A stretch of DNA of 62,944 nt, the filler included, from Octopus bimaculoides (lineage: Eukaryota), in assembly GCF_001194135.2 (NCBI RefSeq). It is 4 parts of 4 records of this genome, joined end to end, with 100 filler letters (N's around TTAATTAATTAA, not from the genome) between each part and the next. Parts side by side here need not be neighbours in the genome. Positions count along the whole stretch, not along the records: positions 1 to 28,133 come from NC_068998.1; positions 28,234 to 38,947 come from NC_068985.1; 2 more parts are not named here. One strand, written 5' to 3'. The stretch's first letter is position 1, and the number at the start of each line of letters is the position of its first letter. Shown piece after piece: positions 14,710-28,557 of the stretch. A program made the translations under genes and the position numbers. Below the pieces are notes generated by a model. The model was not told the DNA's origin. It did no database searches and saw nothing but the letters and a program-made list of their open reading frames with translations.

Positions 14710-14915
14710 TTCAGTCATTTGACTGTGGCCATGCTGAAGCTCTCTTTCTCCCATTCATTCTCTTTATTAAGCAATCTATCGTATTGGCATCTCCAGACCT
14801 CTTTCTTTGCAGCCTCATTTAGTGCAAGCGTACCATCATCCATGCGAACACACTTCTCTCCTAGCGAATACACTTCTCTCCTAATAGTGTCTTTCAAAAA
14901 CATATTTGAAACTAT
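14710..14915 (-). mobile_element. RTE LINE fragment (between endonuclease and RT)
   Basis: GEKCVRMDDGTLALNEAAKKEVWRCQYDRLLNKENEWE. Confidence 0.65.
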
Positions 14916-14984
14916 ATCTCATGTTTAAGAAAAAAAAAAAAAAAGAGGCATTTTACATTTTACACTTCCTGACCTACATTTTCA

Positions 14985-15491
14985 TTCCTAATATGCTTTC
15001 TGCCTCCCTCTTCCACTTTTCCGTTCCATTTTTTTTTTCCTTAGACGCTTGGCAAACACACTCTGTGTCTCCCCTTGTCACAAACACACTGTTTCTTTCT
15101 TTCTCTCTCTCTCCTTCACGTGCGTACGACACAAATTTGACTTTTCGCCATGGCAACAAACTTCAAAACCTTTTCGTTCCTAATACCCTTTGCCTCCCTC
15201 TTCCATTTTCAACTTTTTTTTTCTTAGACGCTTGGCAAACTCTGTCTTTCTCAGAGAAATTTTTTGTCCGCAGACGCTTTCTCTCTCTCTCTCTCTCTCT
15301 CTCCTTCACGTGTTTACGGCACAGATTTGACTTTTCGCCATGGCAACAAACTTCAAAGTGTGTGTGCTGAAGACATTTTCCTCAGACGCTTTGTCTCCCT
15401 CTTCCACTTTTCCATTTTTATTTTTTAGACGCTTGGCAAACACTGTGTCTCCCCTTGTCACAAACACACTCTTTCTTTCTTTCTCTCTCTC
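14985..15491 (+). repeat. Tandem array of about 190-bp units (at least 2.5 copies) running into a gap
   Basis: ctccctcttccac...ttagacgcttggcaaac...gacttttcgccatggcaacaaacttcaaa repeated; cgccatggcaac recurs 190 bp apart. Confidence 0.85.
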
Positions 15492-17337
15492 NNNNNNNNN
15501 NNNNNNNNNNNNNNNNNNNNNNNNNNNNNNNNNNNNNNNNNNNNNNNNNNNNNNNNNNNNNNNNNNNNNNNNNNNNNNNNNNNNNNNNNNNNNNNNNNNN
15601 NNNNNNNNNNNNNNNNNNNNNNNNNNNNNNNNNNNNNNNNNNNNNNNNNNNNNNNNNNNNNNNNNNNNNNNNNNNNNNNNNNNNNNNNNNNNNNNNNNNN
15701 NNNNNNNNNNNNNNNNNNNNNNNNNNNNNNNNNNNNNNNNNNNNNNNNNNNNNNNNNNNNNNNTATATATATATATATATATGGTGGTTGTCTACTCCTT
15801 ATCCAGAGTTTGACCACCTCCTGCACCTACACCTTAGAACCATCATGGCATCTGATGTGGCTTTTTAAACCAATCTTTTGAAAAGATACCCACATATGTA
15901 TATATGTACATACATATGCATGTATGTATGCATGTGTCTATATGTATATATATGCTTATGTATCTGTATACAAGCATGTATGTAATATTCTTGTCACTCA
16001 GTATTTCAAGTAATTGTCACAGTTCCCATTAACCATCTAATATATTATTTAACAATCATTGATAGCATATTTCTGAAATTAGGATTTTGTTTTTCACTTT
16101 CCATATCAAAGTTTGACAGAAAACTATATTTAACCTAAAATAAATAGTAACTACAACAAGGTGCTTGTCTGTTTCAACCATTATCAATAATCATCAGTTT
16201 AATTTGTGCTGGCAACTGGAGAATAATAACAGCAATATTGCCCAGTGAAGCAGCAACTTCCAGCTTTCTGTTGGATGGGTATCCTACACTCTGATATCAC
16301 TAATAATGGATTGTATTTCTTGTCTTAAACTGCTCAGTGTCTGATCTGTTTAGATTAGAGTTCAATACAGAACACATAACAAGGAAAACTGGGAAAGTGA
16401 ATGCTGTGAAAATTGCCGAATCTGAAGTGAAGTTAGTTTGTTATTGTTGAATAAAACCATGTAACTGGAACATAACAGGTTGGTCAGGTTTTAAGATGAT
16501 GTTTGCATAAAGATGCCTTTATAGAAAACAAACTTGGGGTATCTTTATTTAAAGGATGAACAAAAATGAGTAAACAAATCCAGTTCATAATTGATTCATA
16601 ACTAACCGATTCATTAGCATTTTTATCTCTCATTAATGAAAACAGAGCAAACAAACATCTTTGAGTCACAGCTGCATACTGGGTTTTCAAATTTTATTTT
16701 GTGTGTTTCTTTTTTGCTGGTAAAGTTTAGTTATTGTAATTAATGGGGTTAATGAGTGTAAAACAAATAAATCTATTAAATCGATACAAAGGAGTCTTTA
16801 ATAACTGAATTTATTATATTTTATTTTTTCATTATTAGTCTCTGAAGAAACATTTTCAAACTTTGCAAGGAAAGCTTGTTTATTTTATTTGAAGGATTAA
16901 TGAGAACATAGCAAATCATTGACATAGATTGGCTCACAGTTGGCCCCGTCATTAAATCTTCTTTCTGTTAATTAACTAGTAAAGTAGGAGCAGCAACCAT
17001 AACTACATCAGGTTATCTTAGACCATTGAGGTTGAAGTAGTTGATTTTCACTTTGAACTTTATATATTGATTAGTAAGAAAACAGGGCTCCAAGGAAAAG
17101 TCCCAGAATGCTGAGGAGGAAGAAATAAATATGACTTTAGTACAGCAGGTTAGCAAGAGAAGCAGGAAACCTAGTTAGTGAGGTTGGATGGTAGGAGGAG
17201 ACAATTGGCATGTTAAAAATTATTATAATGACAGTGAGAGTAGAAACATAAGATGAAGGACAATACATCAGTAGCTCAATGGTTGTAGCATGCTTGTGAA
17301 TTAATGTCTATTGGTCTGTTTAATGATATTCACCTTG

Positions 17338-17725
17338 TGGAGGTGCAATGGCCCAGTGGTTAGGGCAGCGGACTCGCGGGCATAAGATCGCAGTTTCGAT
17401 TTCCAGACTGAGTGTTGTGAGTGTTTATTGAGCGAAAACACCTAAAGCTCTACAAAGCTCAGGCAGGGGATGGTGGTGAACCCTGTTGTACTTTTTCACC
17501 ACAACTTTCTCTCACTCTTTCTTCCTGTTTCTGTTGTGCCTGTAATTCAAAGGGTCAGCCTTGCCACACTGTGTCACGCTGAATATCCCCGAGAACTATG
17601 TTATGGGTACACGTGTCTGTGGAGTGCTCAGCCACTTGCACGTTAATTTCACGAGCAGGCTGTTCCGTTGATCGGATCAACTGGAACCCTCGACGTCGTA
17701 AGCGACGGAGTGCCAACAACAACAA
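17338..17725 (+). mobile_element. tRNA-derived SINE, third family, full length
   Basis: Head ggaggtgcaatggcccagtggttagggcagcggactcg...gtttcgattcc with A/B boxes, unique body, (caa)n tail. Confidence 0.8.
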
Positions 17726-18012
17726 TGGCATTCACCTCAACTTTTTTTGTGTGTGTGCCTTGAATATATGAATGTGTAGCAGCTACATTATTGAAATATT
17801 TTCTGCTCCCAAAGAGGACATCAAACATTTGGGATGAGGTTTTGGCTTATATCTTAGATATTTGTTTCTCTGACTAGTGGTCAAAGATTATCAGCAGTTT
17901 ATAACAAATACAACAGATTAAGCTCTTTATTGTTCACAACTAAAGTACTTTTCTAGTAGTTGAGGATTCCATAGCTTGAACATCATTTGTTGTGGCTCTC
18001 CTGTTTCCAACA

Positions 18013-18445
18013 TATTCTTTTCTACTCTAGACACAAGGCCCGAAATTTTGGGGGAGCAGGCCAGTCAATTAGATCGACCCCAGTGCCCAACTGATACTTA
18101 ATTCATTGACCCCGAAAGGATGAAAGGCAAAGTCAACCTTTGAGGAGATTGAACTCAGAACATAAAGACAGATTAATTACCACTAAGGTTTTCACCTGGT
18201 GTGCTAACATTTCTGCCAGCTTTGAAACAAAAAAATATTCTTTTCTACTCAAGGCACAGGGCCTGAAATTTTTGGGGAGCGGGCCAGTCAATTAGATCGA
18301 CCCCAGTGTTCAACTGATACTTAGTTTATCAACCCTGAAAGGATGACAGGCAAAGTTGACTTTGGTGGAATTTGAACTCAGAACATAAAGACAGATGTAA
18401 TACCACTAAGCCTTTCACCCAGCATGCTAACAGTTCTGCCAGCTC
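18013..18445 (-). mobile_element. tRNA-derived SINE family B, head-to-tail dimer
   Basis: Two copies of about 210 bp (ttttctactc..cacaaggcc.gaaatttt...gaactcagaac...tttctgccagc). Other copies at 1702-1936, 20650-20850, 31215-31395, 31785-31960 and 33016-33225. Confidence 0.8.
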
Positions 18446-18938
18446 ATGTTTCCAACATATTAAGCTGGCACTGTAATCATTCCCATAGTTGAAAGTTAGC
18501 CTGCTTTATACTGGTACTTTCTTATCAACATCAGAAGAATGAAAGACAAAATTGATATCAGCAAAATTTGAATTCAGAACATTCATGAATATAGCTTAAT
18601 ACTCCAATACGTTTTATCAGGTGCTCTATGTTCAAAATACTTTTTATCCTTAGCTTTACAAAAGAGACTATTGAAAGTCTTTATCTTTATTCATTTTAAA
18701 TCAAAATTCATGAACAAGTACAGCATTGGTTAAATGCTTACAATAAGCCAATTACTGGTTAACTGTATTTCTGACGTTGGTGTTCTTATTAAGGAGGTGT
18801 CGAGTGCAATGCAAAGGATTTCAGACACGTGAAATGCCATTTTATTATTAATTTTTTATTTTATTTTCTTGAGTGTGATCACTGATATTTATTGATTGTG
18901 TTGGTCAACAGAGACATTCACACTTATACAAGCATTCA

Positions 18939-18997
<59 letters not shown>

Positions 18998-19168
18998 NNN
19001 NNNNNNNNNNNNNNNNNNNNNNNNNNNNNNNNNNNNNNNNNNNNNNNNNNNNNNNNNNNNNNNNNNNNNNNNNNNNNNNNNNNNNNNNNNNNNNNNNNNN
19101 NNNNNNNNNNNNNNNNNNNNNNNNNNNNNNNNNNNNNNNNNNNNNNNNNNNNNNNNNNNNNNNNNNNN

Positions 19169-19199
<31 letters not shown>

Positions 19200-19272
19200 T
19201 CATCATCATCATCATGGGATGACCTAATATATATGTGTATATATATATATATATATATGTATGTATATATAC

Positions 19273-19322
<50 letters not shown>

Positions 19323-20230
19323 GTATATATATCATATGTAATGCATGTATGGGTGCATATGTGTGCATGAGCAAGTTCACATATATTATATTCATCGTAC
19401 TGTATAAGTGTTAACTGCAAACAAAGTTTACAAAGTCTTACTAAACAGTGTCATTTGTTTACAATCCATCAGTAATTGCATGTGTAGCTATTAAGTTGTT
19501 GGCTATTGAAAGGACTAGGGGAAATATTAAATATTACCTTACTTGAAAACAGATGAGGTTTGGTGACAGGAAGAGCATCTAGGTGTAGAAAGACGGTATT
19601 CATTCATGCTCACGCATACACCTCCACATATATAAACTAAAATTCTGTGCAGTTTCTACCTGTAAAATTTCACTCAACATGAGGTTATGGTTTATGAGTC
19701 CAGTGGAGTGAGATTGATCTACGAACCATGTGATTGTTTCCTTAACCACATGACCATTCCTGCATTGAATACATTTACAGCATGACTTTTATTGCATTGT
19801 AAAGCTCAAACATATTTACCAATTTTATCTATAGAAATTCAATATTAAGCGCAACTAGCATCAATTTATAAAATAGATTATATAATTATTGTAATTTTAC
19901 ATTAATATATTTCCACCTATATTATCTGTTGTGGTATGGCATGGTGCTGTTTCATTTCATACCTCTGTGCCAAGAGGATTTTAAGAGAGAAGTGCTATGA
20001 CTGTGTGTGTGTGTGTGTGTGTATGTGTATTTGTGTGTACATATTTCTCTCTGTATGCATGTGCATATATACGCACACACACACACACATTTGTATAGAT
20101 ATGGAGAAATACATACATATACTGAGAGAGAAATGTAACCATTAAATACACACTCATATTTTATATATGTTTGTGTTAAGATATACACATCCATAAAATA
20201 TATACACAACAGACACTCACGCACACACAC

Positions 20231-20286
<56 letters not shown>

Positions 20287-20857
20287 CATATATCTTGTTC
20301 ATACATAAGGCTTGCTTAAGATACACTATTAGAAGATCTATAAATACAGTAAGATATTTTGGTACATTGCATAACCACCACCACTACAAACACCACAAGT
20401 AGTACAAGTACTCCTACCATCACTACTACTACGGATACATGATACATATTGCTCTACCTGTAATTACAAGCCCTGCTGTGATTGCTTGCTTCCTAAATAT
20501 GTACTGCATATAATATCTGCTTTACTCTTTTGAAAGATTTACTAATCCCTATGTTTCTCTAATCTTAAATGACATCCTTTCATTTTTCCCCTCTCTGCAT
20601 ATCTATCTTTAGAAGGCAAACCATTAATTATCATTTGGTAGCAATAAAGCAGCGAGCAGGTGGAATCGTTAGCCCGTCAGGCAAAATGCTTAGCAGCATT
20701 TTGTCTGTCTTCGTGTTCTGGGTTCAAATTCCACCGAGGTTAAGTATGCTTGTTGGGGTTGATGAAATAAGTGCCAGTCAAGTTCTGAGTCAATGTAATT
20801 GACAAGCTCCCTCCCCCAAAATTTCAGGCCTTGCACTAATAGTGAAGATCATTATTA

Positions 20858-20910
<53 letters not shown>

Positions 20911-22247
20911 ATTGTTATTATTATTATTGAGTGAGAGAGCAGTGCATGCCATCAAAGTGACACTGGGGTAAAATATACAAATCCCAGTATACCCATCATG
21001 ACTACCCATCTGATAAGGGTACACTAGGCACATGCATCACAACCATATGTACACGACATGGTGATCTCATATCAAGATAAACAGCGCATGACCTCACAGG
21101 TGGGACCCAGTTAGAATTTTCTTCAAGTTGAGTAGCACATCTTGCTCAAAAGGTCTCTGAATAAGGGCTGTTTAAGAATGTTGAATAAAACATCCATGCT
21201 TCCACAGGTGAATTATTCAAACCCCCAAAGAATTTGTCTCAACACATGACTATGATGCTTCCCCACTACTTCTGCTCATGATTAGAGATGCACTGATTAA
21301 CAGTTGGATATACGGTATTGTTCCTGTGGTCTTCCACCCTTATGTATCCATTCTTACTATAATGTGAATTCTAGCTCATGCTGAGCACTTCAACTCTAGC
21401 CCGTTTTTATGTATTGTTATATTAACAATATATATTTATACAAAAAATGATGACACCTTATTTATATATATATATATATATATTGTTGTACTTGGGGATG
21501 GTCATATTGCCAGTTTAGCCAATAAAAACACACGCACTGTATATTTGGTGTTAATTTGCTTCAGCTTTATATTACATTAATCTTAATCNNNNNNNNNNNN
21601 NNNNNNNNNNNNNNNNNNNNNNNNNNNNNNNNNNNNNNNNNNNNNNNNNNNNNNNNNNNNNNNNNNNNNNNNNNNNNNNNNNNNNNNNNNNNNNNNNNNN
21701 NNNNNNNNNNNNNNNNNNNNNNNNNNNNNNNNNNNNNNNNNNNNNNNNNNNNNNNNNNNNNNNNNNNNNNNNNNNNNNNNNNNNNNNNNNNNNNNNNNNN
21801 NNNNNNNNNNNNNNNNNNNNNNNNNNNNNNNNNNNNNNNNNNNNNNNNNNNNNNNNNNNNNNNNNNNNNNNNNNNNNNNNNNNNNNNNNNNNNNNNNNNN
21901 NNNNNNNNNNNNNNNNNNNNNNNNNNNNNNNNNNNNNNNNNNNNNNNNNNNNNNNNNNNNNNNNNNNNNNNNNNNNNNNNNNNNNNNNNNNNNNNNNNNN
22001 NNNNNNNNNNNNNNNNNNNNNNNNNNNNNNNNNNNNNNNNNNNNNNNNNNNNNNNNNNNNNNNNNNNNNNNNNNNNNNNNNNNNNNNNNNNNNNNNNNNN
22101 NNNNNNNNNNNNNNNNNNNNNNNNNNNNNNNNNNNNNNNNNNNNNNNNNNNNNNNNNTATATATATATTGGTGCAGCCTTCCAACATACCAGCCCAGTCA
22201 AACCACCCAACCCATGATGATGATGATGATGATGATGATGACGATGC

Positions 22248-22323
<76 letters not shown>

Positions 22324-22981
22324 CTATAATATAGGTGGCTAATTGCAATTTAACAAACTACAGACAAATTTATGGGCATCACCTGAAGTGAGAGAGGGTA
22401 CTAAGTAGTATCAATATTGCTAGAAATAAGAGTCAAAACAACTCAATAGCCACAGAAGTACTATCTTAAGGTGGTGGTTCTGTGAGTTTTGAGTTGTTTT
22501 CACTCTTATTTTTAGCATTGCTGGCTCTACTTAGTACTGTCACTTTCATGTGACATCTATGTGTGTATGTGTGTGCGCGCGCGTGTTTGTTCCCCACTAC
22601 CACTTGATAGTTGGTGTTGTTGTGTTTATATTCCTGTGACTTAGCAGTTTGGTACAAGGTATCGTTAGAATAAGTTCCAGGCTTTAAAAATGTAATTACT
22701 GGGGTTGGTTCATTTGACTAATAATTCTTCAAGGTTCTGCTGCAGCATACCTGCACTCCAGTGACTGAAACAAGTAAAAAATTAACTCATCACCTTTTTC
22801 AGCATCTTTGGGACTTGATGAGAGTGAAAAATGAATTTATCCTCAGAGTGGAGACTTAAGCTAAATGCTCGTAACAGAATAAACTCAGTTAAAGCTACCC
22901 AAGGGCCATGTGGTGGTGTTGAAGGTCCCCAAGAGTTAAATGGTGGTCAAAATCTACCATTTCTATACTAAGTATTCCTGA

Positions 22982-23403
22982 CAGGGCCGGATTAAAACAC
23001 ATTGAGGCCCTAAACACTTAGAAGATTTTGGTGCCCCCATAAAAGATTATGTAATTCAAGATATAAACAATAACAAACCATAAAATTAATTTTTGTTTTC
23101 GAAACGAAACAAAACAGTAAGAGGGAAAATAATGTTTATTTTTGTATACTTCCACTTTATCTATATCTGGAAAGTTTCCTCCTACTTTTTTAAATTACAA
23201 AGTTTTTGATCAGATCCTCAGAATTAATCTTAGGCAACACATCTGCATTTATACTTGGAGATAAAGGCATCCCAAATATTATTTTAGCAAGTTTATAGTG
23301 ATTTCTTTTGTGCTGTAAACCATTTACCATTTCTGTGATGCCCCCTCTGTCTCTTGATACCTTAAGCACATGCTTATTTTGCTTAATGGTTAATCCAGCG
23401 CTG
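22982..23403 (-). mobile_element. Non-autonomous hAT deletion derivative (422 bp)
   Basis: TIRs cagggccggattaa / ttaatccagcgctg and perfect 8-bp TSD attcctga (22974-81, 23404-11). Minus-strand remnant INADVLPKINSEDLIKNF..KSRRK resembles a hAT dimerisation-domain end. Confidence 0.85.
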
Positions 23404-23611
23404 ATTCCTGACCCAAACCATATTCATGCTCTTTGAATTCTTTCCACTTGATATATATTTCATTAACAGTTCTGTTAAACTCTCTCTCTTTCAAAGACTA
23501 ATTATTGCTATAGCAACTTAAATCTTTCAGACTGTTAAGCTTCCTAGTTATATATTTCTCTACTTCACTACCTTTTGGTAAACTCTATCTCTGATTCATT
23601 TTAGATTATCT

Positions 23612-23829
23612 CATATATATATATATCCTATATCATATATATAATATGTATATATATATATCATATATCATATATATATATATATATATGTATGTATATA
23701 TATATATATCATATATATATATATATATATGTATATATCAAATATCATATATATACATATATATATATATGTATATACATCATATATCATATATATACAT
23801 ATATATATATATATATAGATATATATATC

Positions 23830-23889
<60 letters not shown>

Positions 23890-23890
23890 G
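23612..23890. repeat. Degenerate (TA)n microsatellite, representative of dozens of TA/CA/GA/GAT/TAA/GATA arrays
   Basis: Directly visible. These arrays generate the YI-, HT-, RE- and SL-repeat ORFs in the track. Confidence 0.95.
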
Positions 23891-25094
23891 TATCCTTTGG
23901 CTGGTTTTGAACTCAGAGCCGGTATTATATATGTGTGTGAAAACATACAGCATCCGAATGCATTACAGATTGAACTGATGGAAAATGTGATGTATATGCA
24001 AAATGAGATCTAGTTTACTGATATTTTAGTTGACTGTGTCTCAGTGGAGTAGGCAGAGGTATCAACAGCAGACTGGTAATGTTTGATAAAAGACTTTTAT
24101 AGAATTTAATGAGAAAAGAGAATGCCAAAGAATGAAGATAAGAGAATTCAATTGTGCATGCGCTTCAGTAAAATGGTGAATATGAGTGACTCAGCCAAAA
24201 TGTGACAAAATAGGTTTTTGTGATAAACCAAAAATACATTTAACAGTTTCATGAAAATAGATTTTTGCGAGGCAGACAATATCTCAGATAATGATGCCAA
24301 AATGGTGAGAGGAAAAGAAATCAAGAAAGTATAGAATGATTTTTAAGGATATATTTAAAATGAAAAAAAAAAAAAAAAAAAATGACAGATGTCTGATTTT
24401 AAGTGTAAGACTTAAAGTAAATGATTGACAAGTGTTTTANNNNNNNNNNAAAATTTTAAAACCCAAAACAGAAAGAACTGCTTTGCTTCTGCATAAGCAG
24501 CCAATGCTGTCATGGAATTCTTTGAAGATTGAATAAAAGATACATCCATCTACCTGGTGATGCTAGTTAGATGAGATTTAAATCTCAAATGATTGAAATC
24601 TCATCAAACTTAGTTGTCGTTTATTCAACAGTCGTGGCAAGTAACCCCTAATGCGATATAAGGCTTAGGATATCCCTATGATTAAGGATCCGAGTCAATA
24701 GTTACTCTTTACTCTTTTACTCTTTTATTTGTTTCAGTCATTTGACTGCGGCCATACTGGAGCACCGCCTTTAGTCGAGCAAATGGATCCCAGTACTTAT
24801 TCTTTGTAAGCCTAGTACTTATTCTATCGGTCTCTTTTGCCGAACCGCTAAGTGACAGGGACATAAACACACCAGAGACTAATAGAATAAGTAGCACCCA
24901 AGCTTTAAAGAAAAAAGTACTGGGGTTGATTCATTTGACTAAAATTCTTCACAGTGGTGACCCAGCATGGCCACAGTTTAATGACTGAGACAAGTAAATG
25001 ATAAAATATAGTATATTCGTCATGATAGATCGCTGACCACTACATATATTTTTTTCTCTCTCCTTGTTTCTCTCTTTGTTTCTTTCTGTGTTCA

Positions 25095-25131
25095 TTTCTG
25101 TGGAAGAGCGTAGGCTCGAAACGTTAAAGAC
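25095..25131 (+). ncRNA. Degenerate minimal hammerhead-like motif (Penelope-type)
   Basis: TTT-CTGTGGA-A-GAGC-GTAG-GCTC-GAAA-CGTT-AAA. Perfect 4-bp stem II and palindromic ACGT stem III; core A6 is altered. Confidence 0.35.
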
Positions 25132-25763
25132 TTTTTCAATTCCTGAGCATTATACTAATACATCTGTTTGTTTTCTACACCACGTGTCATCGTCTGTTGT
25201 TTTTTGGGGAATTCTCCCTATATTTAAAACCACCTTACCAAAATCTTACTCCCATTCTGCAGGCAGCAGCATGTAATTTGTGGAAGATTTGGCTGTGTTT
25301 CTAGCAAGTTGGACACTCATATTGTTGCTTATCCCAGGTTAGCACTTATTAAGAATTACAGATGCCATAGCTCTGATTATTTTGACTTGAACGAGATCTG
25401 ATTTCTATTTCTAACAGGTTAACCAACCATGTTGATACTCCGTCATTAGCTCATGGTGACTGAGATGTATCTACATGTGGTATCTATTTACAGTTCAGTG
25501 GACTGATTCTGGGCGAATTTAATTGTCTCGTTCATGGATGCAGTATACAAGCAGTAATGAAATATGAAGTGTCGGTTCTTTGGTCAGTTGTCTGACATAA
25601 TACAGTTGCACACCTAAAATTCACAGCCACTAGACGTATAATAATATTATTTCACTAAACACTGGACAAATAATGATTGTATATTATACATTGTTTGTGT
25701 GATTTTCTGACAGTAAATTAATAAATACATAACTAGTGTATATCTGTATGTTTAATAAATATA

Positions 25764-26162
25764 TTACTCTTTTACTCATTTACTTGTTTCAGTCATTTGA
25801 CTGTGGCCAGGCTGGAGCACCGCCTTTAGTCAAGCAAATCGAACCCAGGACTTATTCTTTGTAAGCCTAGTACTTGTTCTTTCGGTTTCTTTTCCCGAAC
25901 CGCTAAGTTACGGGGACGTAAACACATCAGCGTCGGTTGTCAAGCGATGTTGGATGGGAGAAACAGACACACAAACATATAACACACACATACATATTCA
26001 TATATATACATATACGACGTACTTCTTTCAGTTTCCGTCTACAACATCCACTCACAAGGCTTTGGTCGGCCTGAAGCTATAGGAGAAGACACTTGCTTGG
26101 CCAAGGAGCCCAGGACCATGTGGTTGGTCAGCAAGCTACTTACCACAGAGCCACTCCTGCAC
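25764..26162 (-). mobile_element. SINE family A, full copy
   Basis: Reverse complement of 5449-5841 along its whole length. Confidence 0.85.
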
Positions 26163-26322
26163 CTAGATATTAATAGCAGCAAACTGCCAGTCATCAAAGC
26201 GTCAGAAAAAATACCTACTGGTATTCATCCCGCCTCTCTAAATTTTCAGCTCAAATTCCTCTGAAGTCAAATTTGTCTCTCATTGAAGTTTATAAAATAA
26301 CTGCACCTTGCTTAAGCTTCTC

Positions 26323-26356
<34 letters not shown>

Positions 26357-27034
26357 ACTCTCTCTTACTTTGTGAGCCTATCTCTCTTTCTTTCTCTCTG
26401 TCTTTCTGACCTCGAGATTTTTCTTTTTCTAAAATAGTATGACCACAGTTGAAATGCTTTTGGCTATGCCACAAACAGCTCTGATCCTGCTGAACCAGGA
26501 TTGACTGGTTGTTAAACAACAGCAACCCTAATATAATAAAGTGTCATGCAAAGTCTTAAAAATATTGATACAAACCAATGTTTCCATTCTTTTACTCTGT
26601 CTTTCTCTCTCTCACACTTTTTCACTCTATCTGTCTATCACTATTTCTCTCATACATGTATTTTTCTTTACTTTCAGGTAAGTGAACAATTGAAAGTTGG
26701 TTCCTCAAGAGAACATGAGTTGTTTGAAAATACATCTTATTGCAGTTAATGGCTACCTACTCCGAGGTATTGTGTATTTTTTTTCAATAATTTAGTCAAG
26801 AAAAGAAGAGCAGTAAGGTATGACTTTTACAGGACACATTCTTATATATTTGAGACTGATATAAAAAAAAAAAAACACACCTGGATTTTTTAAATGTCTG
26901 TAACAAAATTAACATTACTAAAGGAAATGTGCTATGTAGGGACTAGCATGTCAAAGAATAGGTCCAACATTTCCTCTGTGTGTTGTAAAAGACAACGACA
27001 AGAAATTGAGGTAAGATTTGCACTCCAACCTCTG

Positions 27035-27283
27035 AATAAATTCTAAGGTAAAGTTACCTTCTTGAATCATACCGACTCAAAAAGGCCAGTTTCCTGGTTT
27101 CCTCACCTGGATGGGATGCTGATCCATTGCAGGATTACTCTCTTTTTGGCAGCTGAGTGGACTGGAGCAATGTGAAAGGTAGTGTGTTCCTCAAAATTAT
27201 ATTGCATAACCTGGTCCAGGAATCAAAACCACAATCTTACGATCATGAGTCCAACACCCTAACCACTAAGCCGTGCACTTCCA
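27035..27283 (-). mobile_element. tRNA-derived SINE with V-domain-like core
   Basis: Minus head ggcttagtggttagggtgttggactc, core cctgcaatggatcagcatcccatccagg. Related + copy at about 2196-2400. Confidence 0.55.
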
Positions 27284-28177
27284 CTACCTCCTGATATCTT
27301 CACCAGCCACAACTGCCCAAACCAAACAGACCCATTGGTTGGAGGGTTGTTGCCTGAGTGGTTCAAAGGTCTACCAGTAGGGAATCATCAGCATATGGTG
27401 GAAGCAACAGTGTAGTAAGTGTAAAGCCTGGGATGTTAACCACAACAGATGTGAGTCATGTACAGGTGGACACTGTGTGCTGGATCTGTGCAGATGGACA
27501 TTAGGTCTGGAGTTTTGTGAAGGTGGACACTATGCATGTTGGATCACTAGAGATGTATACAATATGTGTGGAGCCTGTTCAGGAAGGCACAATATGTGTG
27601 TGTATAAATACACACACACACATACACACATGCACATACACACATGCATACAAATACACAGATACACACAAAAGCACACACACACACACATGCATGTCTC
27701 ACAATCCTTCATTTCTATTTCATTATCTTTTTTATACTCTTTCCCTCAATTTCAAGGACTGTTATGAAAAATTTGTAGCTAATATCATTCTTCAAGTAGT
27801 TCTACATTCACTTGTAGGTTAGCTCTTGTTCTTTTGTACTTTGACCATAATATAGAATGCATTGTTTAGTTCTTGCTATTGTTTGGCATTGACAATATTG
27901 TCTGGCTCATTCAACATTTCTGTCCTGGCATTTTGCACTTGTTCACAGACTGTTCTCTAATTCTAATGGCAGCGCCATCATTTGTTTTAGTAAAAGAAAA
28001 CACAAACGGTGCCAAAACAATATGATATGAACAAAATGAGTGTTTGAAATACAGATAAAGGCAACTTTCATACCTTTGCTACAGGTTGAAACAGACTCTA
28101 TATATATACATACATATATATATATATATATATNNNNNNNNNNNNNNNNNNNNNNNNNNNNNNNNNNNNNNNNNNNN

Positions 28178-28189
28178 TTAATTAATTAA
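28178..28189. other. Artificial six-frame-stop gap linker TTAATTAATTAA (also 38992-39003, 55446-55457)
   Basis: The identical 12-mer is flanked by N runs at three places. Confidence 0.9.
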
Positions 28190-28233
28190 NNNNNNNNNNN
28201 NNNNNNNNNNNNNNNNNNNNNNNNNNNNNNNNN

Positions 28234-28520
28234 AGCTTACGTATGTCCTCAGCAGTTACAGCCCATGTTTCACTGCCATGTAGCATGGTTGTTCGTACGC
28301 ATGCGTCATACAGTCTGCCTTTTACTCTGAGTGAGAGTCCCTTTGTCGCCAGCAGGGGTAAGAGTTCTCTAAACTTTGCCCAGGCTATTCTTATTCTAGC
28401 AGCTACACTTTCAGCGCACCCACCCTCACTACTAACTTGGTTGCCCAGATAGCGGAAGCTATCGACTACCTCTAGTTTTTCACCCTGGAATGAGATAGAA
28501 GTTGTTTCCTGTTTGTTTGC
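28234..28520 (-). mobile_element. RTE LINE post-RT fragment
   Basis: KLEVVDSFRYLG...RIRIAWAKFRELLPLL...KGRLYDACVRTTMLHGSETW. Confidence 0.85.
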
Positions 28521-28526
28521 AGTCTT

Positions 28527-28557
<31 letters not shown>

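Noticed and set aside
17338-17420. tRNA gene
   Set aside because: This is a SINE head: A/B boxes continue into a SINE body, and there is no intact cloverleaf or terminator.
28178-28189. TTAATTAATTAA palindromes as biological sites
   Set aside because: They are always flanked by N runs, so they are assembly linkers.
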